In this document: positions 52,476 through 64,000 of the stretch, in pieces | Layout of the letters: every line of letters starts with the position of its first letter | Numbering within the stretch: position 1 is the first letter of the stretch | Assembly: GCF_009914755.1 (NCBI RefSeq) | Contig: NC_060929.1 | DNA length: 64,000 bases | Reading direction: 5' to 3' (one strand) | Source: the human T2T-CHM13v2.0 reference genome, Homo sapiens | The notes under the pieces: generated by a model | Told to the model about the DNA's origin: nothing | Databases searched by the model: none | The model's input: only the letters and a program-made list of their open reading frames with translations | Made by a program: the position numbers and the translations under genes

Positions 52476-53039
52476 ATGAAGGCAAACAGACCATTATTTG
52501 GACAGCCACTGTGTTCAATCAAGTTATGTTTAGACATAGTCCCAGTTTTTAACCACTAAAATGAATTCAGAAGTGCTGTTCCTCTTCCTATATGGCACTC
52601 TTACATATCATATAACTCGGGGAACAGCCTGGAGTGCAGCAGTTTATTTACTGTCTTTTTTATTTCCTTATTTTCAAATACTCAGGTCCAAGGCTTGGCT
52701 GGCTAGGACAGTGCTTATCAATTTCTTCACTTGGTAGATTTTCCCAAGTAATGAAAAAAGCCAATAACAGGGAGAGAACTTTCCTCTTGGTATTTTAAAC
52801 TTTTAGGGGGTCCCCAAATTGCACTGGATTATCTGCCACTAATTAGAGATTAGGAATTGGTGTGAAGGGAGAGAGGGAGTGTCTCCACAGAGAGGTTACA
52901 CCTTCCTTTAAAAGCCATACCACTGTAGATTTTGTGTATCACTTCATGGATGCCTAAGGATGGGCACTTTTCCTTTTAAAATCAACATTGTTGAATGTTT
53001 TCTATATTATTCTGTTGGTACCTACCCTCTAGAGCACAG

Positions 53040-53610
53040 TGTGGCAGACTCTATTTTCCAAAGATGGCCACAAAACTTTCTCTGGCAGTGGCAGCATAAC
53101 CTTGCTACTCCCGCTTTAAGAACTGAAGTCTATTTCTCCAACTCCAGCCCTTCTCCCCTTGAACCCAAGTAGACCCTTTGACTGCTTTGACCAAAAGAAT
53201 GTGGAAGTTACATTGTGTTAATTCCAGGTGTGGCTCTTAAGTGTTAATTTCCTGCATCTTAGAATCCAGCTGCCTGTGTGACTACTCTGAAATCCCCTTG
53301 CTGTAAAAAGCCTCAGGTCATGTGGAGAGGCCGTGAAAGATAAGACACTGTGTGTAAACAGAGAGGGTAAGGAGCCAGGCCTGTAGGTGAAGGAACCATT
53401 TTGGAACACCAGCCCAGTCCAGTCTTCAGATGGTTCCAGAGCCACCCACCATGTGACTGCAACTGTGTAAGAAAGCCCAAGAGGGAACCACCCAGCTGAG
53501 CCCAGTCAACCCCAGAATGATGAAATATAATAGTACGTTACTGTGTTAAGCTTCTGAGATTTGGGGGGTAGTTTGTTAGATGCACCAACAGACCAACAGA
53601 TACCTAGAAA
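53040..53610 (+). mobile_element. MLT1G/H-like MaLR LTR
   Basis: tgtggcagactctattttccaaagatggccaca start; ccacccagctgagcccagtcaaccccaga. Confidence 0.8.
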
Positions 53611-53884
53611 TATAGGTATCATCATAAGCAACAGAAGCTAATTCTGGCTGAATGAAGCAGAAAAGTTTTCTGAAAGGACAGTGGGTAGCTCTTGAATCAT
53701 CGTGAGGCCTGAAGATCTAGCTCTAGACTTTGCAGGAAAGAATGCTCAAAGCTATGACCCCAACCATCTGGGGAGCAAAGCACTGACATCGCCATGACAG
53801 ATATGACCGAGAGCTCCTGGCCCCTTGGTTTTGGTGTTACTAGCTCCCATGCCAGACTCTTGGCATGGGAAACTGATTTACATT

Positions 53885-54175
53885 CAGTAGAAACCATACT
53901 TCGAGTAGGCATAAAATACTACAAATTTTCACTTTCAGTATAATTCAGTAAATCACAGAAGATATTCAATGCTTTATTATAAAACAGACTTTGTGTTAGA
54001 TGATTTTGCCCAACTGCAGGTTAATGTCAGTGTTATGAGCATATTTAAGGTAGGTTAGGCTAAGCTATGATGTTCAGTAGTTTAGGTGTATTACATGAAT
54101 TTTTTACTTATGATATTTTCAACTTACAATGGGTTTATCAGGATGTAACTCCATCATAAGTCAAGGAACATTTGT
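53885..54175. mobile_element. MER47/Tigger-family DNA transposon
   Basis: tttgtgttagatgattttgcccaactg...aggtaggttaggctaagctatgatgttc. Confidence 0.75.
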
Positions 54176-54668
54176 ATACATAAAGGAATATTTATTTTGC
54201 ATTATGCCATTTCTGCATTGTTATAATATTTGTCTCTCTGATACATCTAGTGTTCTAAAAAATTAACATAAAATTATCATTCACACTAAAATTAACAGGG
54301 CTTATGGGAAAAATAATATTAGAATCACATCTCTTAAAATCTATGCATATTTGTAACCAGGGCATCAACAAAAATGGGAACAATACTAATAAGAATATTA
54401 GCACAGTAAAAAAAAAGTGAAATTCCTAATTAAAAAAAAATCACAGTGTAGAGGCTGCTGAGCTATGGTGGCAAGGGCAAAATGCCCAAAGATTGGGAAA
54501 AACCATGTAATGAACACTTTCCAGACAGAACAGTGGGTAGAACTGAGCCAAAAATAAAAACAAGGGGTGAATGGACATCACAGGCACTACTATATTCCTC
54601 ACTTGCCATGTTCAGCTGTGGGGGTACACTCTGGGACCAGCTACTGTTACTCATGGAGGAGAACACTA

Positions 54669-55081
<413 letters not shown>

Positions 55082-55414
55082 ATAGGACTGTAGCAGAACA
55101 AAATGTATGTCTGTATGTGTGTATAATTTCACATAACCTCTGCCAACTAGGTGTTATTATATTATTCTCATTTTATAAATGAGAAAATGGAAGCTCAGAG
55201 AATAAGAAATCACGCCTATTGCAAACAGATCTAAGTGTTAAGCTGAGACTTGAAGCTTGTACCGTCAGGTTTTAAGATCAACATTCTTTTTACCCCATCA
55301 TGTGAAATGTTACTAAAAATCCAGCTTCCACTTTTAGAAATTTAGACCTACCTCTCTCCAGCCTCCTCTTGGCAAGCAGATATGGCCCTAATGAGACTGG
55401 ACTTACATAGTCAA

Positions 55415-56169
55415 TGGGGACTAAACTCTGATTTTTTTTTATCTTGCCCAAATTCCTATCTAAGGGGTCTGGGGAGTCATGCCCTACAAATAATAAATTC
55501 TCATCAGATGGGCTTTATTTAACCCTATATATCATGACTTACTTTCCAACCTGACTCTGGCATAACATTGCAAGACAAGGAAGAAAATCAAAATATTTTA
55601 CACCAAAACGTGTTTCTTTGCCATGTTTTGAAATGGCCCTGCAAAGCTGTTCTTTGTGGGGAAAAATCTGTATCTGTAAAGAATCTCTATTAACATAGCT
55701 GGAAGATCTTTTTCTTCCAGACCTTCCCAATACTGAAGAGATTAACTAAGATCTCAATAGGAGACATTTGTCATCTATTGTTTCTAAGGGCAGCCACTAT
55801 AAGACTTCAAAAGAACTTTGGTCTCCACAGTCTTTATCTTAACCTGAACATTCCCTTTCTATCAATCCCAGGTCCTTAGACAAACTCAACCAATTGTCAA
55901 ACAGAAAATGTTTAAATTCACCTATAGCCTGGAAGCCCCCTGGCTTTGAGTTGCCCTGCCTTTCTAGATCAAACCAATGTATTTCTTACATGTATTTGAT
56001 TGATGTCTCATGCCTCTCTAAAATGTATAAAACCAAGCTGAGTCGTGACCACCTTGGGCACATGTTCTCAGGACCTCCTGAGGGCTGTGTAACAGGCCAT
56101 GGTCACTCATATTTGGCTCAGAATAAATCTCTTCAAATGTTTTACAGAGTTCAATTCTTTTCATCAACA
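55415..56169 (+). mobile_element. MER4D/E-like ERV1 solo LTR
   Basis: atcttgcccaaattcctatctaaggggtctggggagtcatgccctac; ggtcactcatatttggctcagaataaatctcttc. Confidence 0.85.
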
Positions 56170-56188
56170 TCAACAATGTCTTTGAACC

Positions 56189-57142
56189 TGTAAACCAAAA
56201 ATAAAATTCTAAGCCCCACCCCAAACCATCTGAATGCACTCCCTCCTCTCAGATAGGGCACTCCAAAGTTACCTGAAAAACTGGTTCAGGCAAGGGTGGA
56301 AAATTGGTGGGGGATTGGGAGTGGGGGTTGAACATGCTTCATTTTACCCTTCTATCTTTTGGCATTTGGGAAGAGATGACCTGCATTTAACATCAACACA
56401 GATTTTTTTTTTTTTTTTTTGCAGTTGCAAGATTTAATAGAGTGAAAACAGGGCTCCCATACAAAGGGAGGGGACCGAAAGAGGGTAGCCCTTGCTGGCT
56501 AGAATGCCTGGGTTTATATTCCGATCATTGTCCCTCCCGCTGTGCTCTCAGGCAATAAATGATTGGATATTTCCTTATCTCCTGTTTTTGCCTAATTAGC
56601 ATTTTAGTGAGCTGTCTTTACTACCTGATTGGTTGGGTGTGAGCTAAGTTGCAAGCCCCGTGTTTAAAGGTGGATGCGGTCACCTTCCCAGCTAGGCTTA
56701 GGGATTCTTAGACACAGATCTTAAGCCTGATAAGAAACATTTATAATCTATTATCTCTGAAGCCTGCTACCTGGAGGCTTCATCTGCATGATAAAACCTG
56801 GGACTCCACAACCCCTTATCATAACTCAGATATTCCTTTCTACTGATAATAACTCAACCAACTGCCAATCAAAAAATATTTAACTCTACCTACCTCTAAT
56901 TGGAAGCCTTCCCCGATCCTTCAAGTTGTCCTGCCCTTCCCGGTAGAACAAATGTCAATCTTACATGTACTTATTGATATATTATGTCTCCCTAAAAATG
57001 TGTAAAAGCAAGGTGTATCCTGACTACCTTGGGTACATGTCATCAGGACCTCCTGAGGCTGTGCCATGGGTGTGTCCTTAACCTTGGCAAAATAAACTTT
57101 CTAAATTGATTGAGACCTGTCTCAGATACTTTTGGATTCACA
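56189..57142 (+). mobile_element. MER4A/B-like ERV1 solo LTR
   Basis: TGTAAACCAAAAATAAAATTCTAAG start; ends ...GGATTCACA; 4-bp TSD AACC. Confidence 0.88.
56403..56711 (-). pseudogene. HERV-W processed copy (LTR17 U3-R plus poly(A)), 5'-truncated
   Basis: Reverse strand reads CTAAGAATCCCTAAGCCTAGCTGGGAAGGTGACCGCATCCACC...ATTAAATCTTGCAACTGC then A18; no U5; TSD acacagat (56396-56403, 56712-56719). Confidence 0.93.
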
Positions 57143-57961
57143 AACCTAAAGATTGTTTCACATTGATTTCCTCCAAGGTAAAGACTTGGTTTCTTGGTTC
57201 CTTGCACCCTCCAGTGACAGCCTCAGCCTGCTCAGACCTGACTTCATAAGTCCATGAAACCAGCAGGTGACTTTTTTCTGCTTTGGTAGTTAGCAATTAA
57301 ATGATTGCTGCTTTAGAAGTATAACTCTATTTTCCAAAGGGAGTTTCTAATCCCTTTGCATAATGTGATATTTTTCTTGTAGAATAAACATTTCCCACTT
57401 CTCAAAGATATCAAGAGAAAGAAAATTTTTCTATTGTAAGCATAGATCTCTTCTAATTTTCCTCCAATTTATGCCTAAACCAACTAGTTGAATAAATAAA
57501 AATGCCTGAGTGGAGGCCTGCCAAGGAGTGGATAAAGTTCAGTCTTCTGAGTCTAAAAGCACCCACCAAATACTCTACAGCTGATAACACTCAGTAACAC
57601 TTAGAAGATGATGTTCACAGTCCAGCCAGTCAAATCAGGAGCTGCGATGGGCATAATGAATGAAATGGCTCCATGTTAAATGGACACAAGTTGGCAGCCA
57701 GATTTAAAACCCTTTGAAAACATTAACCTCCTGGCCAGGCCTGGATTAAAAGAGGATTGTTAACCATACTTTCTAACAAAGCTATGCAGCTGAGATATAT
57801 TCACGGGAAGGGATCCGAGACTGTTACCACTGGATAAACTCCTACCACTTAGCAAACAAGAGTGATGAGTCATTTAGTGCATTACTTTTGCATTGCCCTA
57901 AATGATCCTCTCAGGGATTTGGATAATTGATGTCCTTCTTAACACTTGCCTTTGCTTAGGG

Positions 57962-58117
57962 CAGTGGCTCTCATTGTAAGTACGCACAGAATCACTCGGA
58001 GGGTTTGTTAAAACAAGATTGCTGGCTTTGCTACCAAGAATTTCTGATTCTATACATCTGGGGTAGGCCTGGCGAATTTGCATTCCTAAAAGTGCCCAAG
58101 CGATGTTTTGAGGACTA
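57962..58117. mobile_element. MER5A fragment
   Basis: cagaatcactcggagggtttgttaaaacaagattgctgg...aatttgcattcctaa. Confidence 0.8.
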
Positions 58118-59347
58118 CAGGTATATCTCAGAGATACTGTGTGTTTGGTTCTAGATAATAAGAGAATTATCACAATAAAGTGAGTCATACAACATTTGGT
58201 GTTTCCTAGCGCACACAAAAGTGATGATTACTATATTGTAGTCTGTTAAGTGTGCAATATAGCATTATGTCTAAAAAATGTACATACCTTAATTAGGAAA
58301 TGCTTTATTGTTAAAAAAAATGCTAGTGATTATCTGAGCCTGCAATGCGTTGTAATCTTTTTATTGGGGGAGGGTCTTGCCTCAGTGAGGCTGCTAACTG
58401 ATCAGGGTGGTGGCTGCTGAAGGTTGAGGTGGCTGTGGCAATTTCTTAAAATAAGACAACGTGAAGTTTGCCACATCACTTGACTGTTTCTTTCCTGAAA
58501 GATTTCTCTGTAGCATGCAATCCTGTTTGATAACATTTTACCCACAGTAGAACTTCTTTCAAATATGGAGTCAATCTTGTACATCTGCATCAGAGCTCTC
58601 GGGTGACCAGGTGCATTGTCAATCAGCAACAATATTTTGAAAGGAATCTTTTTCTTCTGAGCAGTAGGTCTCCACAGGAATAGGGCTATTACACTTCCTC
58701 ATCCTACATGTTTTCACAGGAGTAGCACTTTTAATTTCCTTCAAGAACTTTTCCTTTGCATTCACAACTTGGCTAACTGTTTGGCACAAGAGGGTTAACT
58801 TTCAGCCTGTCTCATTTTAAACATGCCTGCCTCACTAAATGTAATCATTTCTAGCTTTTCATTCAAGAAATTCATTAAGAATTTCATTAATTCCCTGGAA
58901 CACTTAGCAGCCATTATGGCTTTATTTCTTAGCCTAATTTAAACACTATTGTATCTCACAGGATAGGGAGGCCCAAGGAGAGGGAAAGAGATGGGGGAAC
59001 AGCCAGTTGGTAGAGCAGTTAGAACATACACAACATTTTATCAATCAAGTTCACCATCTTATATGGTGATGGTTCATGGCATCCCAAGACAATTATAATA
59101 GTAACAGCAAAGGTCACTGATCACAGATCACATGACAGATATAATAGTGAAAGTTTGAAATATTGTGAGAATTACCAAAATGTGACACAGAGACATGAAG
59201 TGAGTGCATGTGGTTGGAAAAAATGGCACTGATAGATTTGCTTGATGCAGGGTTGCCACAAACCTTCAGTTTGTAAAAAAAAAAAAAAAAAAAAAAGCGC
59301 TATCTGCAACATACAATAAAGTGAAGCTCAATAAGACAAGTAGGTTG
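58118..59347 (-). mobile_element. Tigger1 DNA transposon, internally deleted, with transposase remnant
   Basis: TA-flanked ends. ORF 58402-58632(-) has [13 protein letters not shown] (pogo/CENP-B DDE motif) fused to [13 protein letters not shown]. Confidence 0.92.
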
Positions 59348-59753
59348 TATTGTCCTGGAGAAAGCCAGAGCACCAGGAAGACTCCAGCTCCATTTTGTTC
59401 CAAGTGGCCAATCTGAGATAAATATTCTTTAAGCTTCTTTGAAATCAGTGGGTTTTCAAAGAAATCATCATTTTTTAAAAGCCATACATATTTCTTCGTA
59501 TATGAGCTGCCTGTCTCTGTCCTAAAAACATTCTGTTTTCGTTATTTTAAAAGATGGAGAAAGAACAGACCCATTTCTGGCTACTAGAAGAATGCTTACT
59601 CTCCTCTCGTGAGTGCTAGCAGGCCTAATGTGTTTCCAGTTGTGTGTGGGAGTATGTGTGTGTCACAGAACAAAGTTGTTTTACTCGTGCACGATGTATA
59701 TTCATATAGGAACAATTTGATAAAAGCATCTGTCATAAGAATTCTAAAGAATA

Positions 59754-60066
<313 letters not shown>

Positions 60067-60079
60067 TTAATCTATCCTT

Positions 60080-60785
60080 TTTTTGTTAATTTCCCTGAAG
60101 TACTTTAAAGCAAATATCAGGTGTCTTCTCATTTCATCCTGCAAACTTTGGAATATCTCTTTGAAAACTATGGACATTTTCTTATATGACTGCAATGCCA
60201 ATATCTTAATCAATGAAATTAACAATTCCTTGGTATCATTTGATAGCAGTTTATGTATAAGTTTCCCTGATTGCCTCAGTTCAACTACAACACTTCCACC
60301 CCATCAGTTTGGAGTAGTCAGAATTTAAATAAGGTCTGTGCATCGCATTTGGGTATTATGTCTCTTAAGTATCTTTTAATATGGAATAAACCCTTCTCTT
60401 TCATCTTTTTCTTCTTTTCCTCCTCCTCCTACTTCTTTTTCTTACTTTTTAATCCCAATGATGTATTGGAAAAACAAGGTCAATTGTCTTGCAGAATGTT
60501 CTGTTGCATGGCTTTGACTACTTCTTGGTGGAATCGTTCCTCTACCCATGTATTTCATATAAACTGGAAGTTAGATCTACAAGATTGATTAAATTTAGGT
60601 TAAACTGTTTTGGCAAGAATATCTGATCGGTGATGCGGCACCGCACCAGGAGATCCATGTCTAGTGGTCTTGCTCTTAGAGATGTTGAGTTTCCAGTGAG
60701 TTCAGGTAAGGCCATCTTGATCCCCACTTTGTGCAATTTCCTGTCAACATATTGTCTCATGGTTTCACCTGTTGGTGATCATTCA
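60080..60785 (-). mobile_element. L1MC4/5-like 3' fragment
   Basis: tactttaaagcaaatatcag; ttaaatttaggttaaactgttttggcaagaata. Confidence 0.65.
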
Positions 60786-61140
60786 GCAGAGCTCGTGGGT
60801 TCCTAGATAGATATCATGAAGGAAATCAGAATTTCCTTCATGGCTAGTGTCACCCCCTTTCCTCTCCCTTGCCTCAGCAGACTGCAGTGTGGGGGCATTG
60901 ATGTCAATTAGTGCAGGGCAGTGGGAGTAGTCTAGGACTGGAGTGCTCCTATTTTGGAAGGTGACTTTCCAGCTCATTCCGAACTTCCCACCAGCACTGC
61001 TTTAAATGTTCCAAGATGGTGGGCAGTGTCACTTAAGGGTGCTTATGCTCAGAACATTATCTCATAGTATTTACTAGAACAATGAGTAATTGGGAGAGGT
61101 CTCCATGGCTTCCTGGTCACTTCATTTTCAGGATACTTTC

Positions 61141-61941
61141 TGAAGCAGGATATTTCTCTGGCCCCTTTGTGGGACTCACGACAGGAGTGCCTCATTTACT
61201 CAGTGTGTCGCTCTCAACTCCCCCCAGGAGGGAGCATGCAAGCGAATGAGTGTGGGAACTGGACCAAATGAGCACTGGAACCAGCCACTGCTTCAGCACC
61301 CATGAGATAAAACTCTACTCACTCAGACCCACTGTGTTCCACCCTTCGTGGGAGGGAGTGCAAGGTGAGCAGGTGCAGGAACTGGCCAGATGCTTTAGCA
61401 CTGGCAGGAGCAAACTCTGTGCAGGCCCCATGGAGGGCAGAGTGCCAGTGCAACCGCCTTTTGTATGCACAATTGTGGCTTCCGAGCTCTTGTCCAGCAT
61501 CCAGGAAAAATGAGGTTGCATGAATGAACTGAAAGATGATAAATGCAGGGGACTTTATTGCCAATGAAAGTAGCTCTCAGTGGGAAGGGGAGCTGAAAAG
61601 GGGACAGAGTGGGTAGGTAATCTTCCTCTGAAGCCCAGCTGTCTCCGGCAGGATGCTTCTCCGAAGTTATATGCCATCAAGCTGTCCTTCTGAAGTCAAG
61701 CTGCTTCTCTCCAATGTCCAGCTGTAGTCCTGTCTACCAGCTGAATCTGGGGTTTTTATAGGCACAGGATAGGGTGGAGTGGGAGCCATGGGTGGTTTTA
61801 GGAAAAGACAACATTTGAGCAGGAAAACAGGGGTATAAGTTCTCACTTTGGACTGTGGTTTCAGGCTTTTCAGCATAAGGATGGGGTTTCCCTGGGGACC
61901 CATCTTTTTCTGCCTAGAATTTCTCTGCCCTGTCCCTATCA
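61141..61941 (-). mobile_element. MER52-like ERV1 solo LTR
   Basis: TG...CA ends; TSD tttc/cttc; homologous to 51447-52143. Confidence 0.82.
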
Positions 61942-62989
61942 CTTCTATTATGTGCTTTGCATGTGGCAAACATACTTCTGTGCTGAGAATCTCAGCCACA
62001 TTTCCCTATGTTCAGGGAAGTATTACATGTTTCCCAGGATATATTTGGAAGCTCAATACTTTCCTCTTCAATGCATAGTGGTTCCTGCCCATTTCCTTCT
62101 TTTACTTAACAATAAAGGGACTAATATGTCTGTTATTATTTTTTAATGTCAGGAAATCCCAGTTATTTCTCACAGTGGCAACTCTTTTTCTTTGGGAAAA
62201 AAACCAAGGTTCTCTAACAGTTGCTCTGACTATAACTAAACTGTAAAGATAACTTTTAGAGCTCATCGAAGAATTAAAGAGGCACCTCATTTGCTTATAA
62301 TGCCTTTTATGTGTGGGTCACTGTACCTATTTCTGGAGGACAGAATTTGGTCTATAGGAACATGGTCAGGCCCAGACCTAATTCTGAGTAGGAAAAACAT
62401 ATCTTGGCCATGACCTTGAGCCCCCTGCCTTTCCTCCCTTCTCTTGTTCCCTCACCATTAAATGCTTGTTAGCTGCCTATATTGCTGCTCTTGACTTTCT
62501 GCTCTCATCACCAAGGCAGACAACTGGTTTTCTTTTCTTTCCATTTTCACTGCAGACATTGAAGTTCTGCAGTTTCCAGCAAGCAAATCGGGCACAAAAA
62601 TAGTCTCCTCCAGTTGAGTAGGTGATGGTTACCTGGATGGGAGTAATACATAGGAGGCTTGTCACAAGAAGAAAAGTACCATCTTATAGGGCAGACAGTT
62701 GATTTATAAGCAAAGAAAATAAAGAAGGAATGCTTGCATGATTTTAGATGGACCAAAGGAAAATATACCACCAGGGTGCAGGGTGTCATCTCCTCAATTC
62801 TTTTCCTGCTCAGTGGCCTCTTCTCCTTTTTGTAAAGAGTCGTAACTTTCCAATTCACCAAGTATACCCTCAGCCTAGGATGATGGTAAGAAAGAGGATG
62901 GTGGGTTTGGGTGGAGGAGGAGGTTCTTACTCTCAGGATACTGGGCCTCTTTTCCCTAATCTCATGTCTGGAGCTCTCCATTAAAGGTC

Positions 62990-63192
62990 TGATCTCCAAC
63001 TTAAACTGGACTCTAGATCTCTGGGTCTGAAGGATCAGCCTGGCTCCAATTAATGCTAAAGACCTGCCCTTTCCTCTTCACCCCTGGGCTGTGCTCTCTC
63101 TCTCTCCATCCATCCATTATCTATCCATCCCTCTATCCATCCATCCATCCATTTTATTGGGGCTGTCACTCTGGAGAACCCTTACTAATACA
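62990..63192 (+). mobile_element. MLT2 (ERVL) LTR 3' part with (TCCA)n
   Basis: Ends ctctggagaacccttactaataca, the typical MLT2 terminus. Confidence 0.65.
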
Positions 63193-64000
63193 CCAGCCCT
63201 GAGCCTGTTCTGCAAGGTGGTGTATGCAGGAGGGCCTGAGAAGCAAAAAGACTGGTTCCTATGTAAGGCTCCGGAATCCCTTATCCTTTCCTTTTCTCCT
63301 CATTTTGGGCTCCTCTCTTTTGATTATTTTTCTCCTATCTGCTCCATGAAAGGACACAAAACTCCTCCAAGGAGTGCTGGTAAGTGTAGGCTGGTGGAGC
63401 CTCCCCAGAAATACACAGAGCTGAACATTACCCTTGAGGGATTGGGGGAGACCCACCATCCCACCATGTGCTCCATGACTTCTTTATGATAGTACCAGGC
63501 CTTGGGCCCATTGATCAGCTTGAAATCTGATGACATTGAATTGCTCATTGGGCCTGAATTTGGAGTTGCATGGGGCACCTCCCACAGAGCCTGTAGCCTA
63601 GTGGCCAAGTGTCTGCTAAGCTATGAGGGCAGCTAATAGCCTTGCCAAGGCCTACCTCACTAGGGTAAATGAGTTTGTTGCTATGGCAAAGTGTAACTGT
63701 CTTTGTGCCTATGAACTGTTATGTGAGCCTATCAAGGAATGTCAAGCTGTTTCCAGTTGGCCAAGTTCTATACTGTCTGCCCTGATGCTTCAAGGAGATA
63801 AAAGACCTCGGCATTCTCTACAGCTTGCTGGATATGAATCATCACATGCATCCTGCTTTCAAGCAGCTGCTGCATAATCCTCTGCAGGCACAGGGTGGAA
63901 TGCAGGCTTAGGACAAGAGAAGGAGAGCCGCGGGCAAGTACTATACATGTTGTCCTATGTCCGAAATTGGTGGACCACTTTAGTACTAGAATGTTTAATT

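Noticed and set aside
52404-52477. 36-bp direct repeat as a CRISPR repeat
   Set aside because: Only two adjacent copies with no spacer, in primate DNA with no cas genes.
58402-58632. Possible domesticated transposase gene (TIGD-like)
   Set aside because: Short frame created by an internal deletion in a decayed Tigger1; no full ORF.

Overview
AT-rich primate (probably human) genomic DNA, dominated by interspersed repeats: Alu, L1, L2, MIR, MaLR/ERVL/ERV1/ERVK LTRs and Tigger/hAT DNA transposons. I find no intact protein-coding gene, tRNA/rRNA gene, CpG island or CRISPR array. Most supplied ORFs are chance or repeat-derived. Highlights: (1) A disrupted gamma-type ERV env with its 3' LTR (MER61/LTR9-like, ~24300-27236). 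(2) Inside that LTR, a 623-bp L1-mobilised retrocopy (11-bp TSD, AATAAA, poly(A)) that carries the start of a BNIP3 pseudogene in ANTISENSE orientation, so it looks like a second-generation retrocopy. (3) A 5'-truncated HERV-W (LTR17 U3-R) processed copy with a poly(A) tail nested in a MER4 LTR. (4) A solo HERV-K(HML-2) LTR5. (5) A chain of candidate + strand exons (2.9-23.5 kb) suggesting a spliced lncRNA with possible small ORFs. (6) A dense nest of inverted repeats at 1630-1732. Repeat subfamily names come from recalled consensus sequences and need RepeatMasker/Dfam confirmation. The locus itself was not identified.
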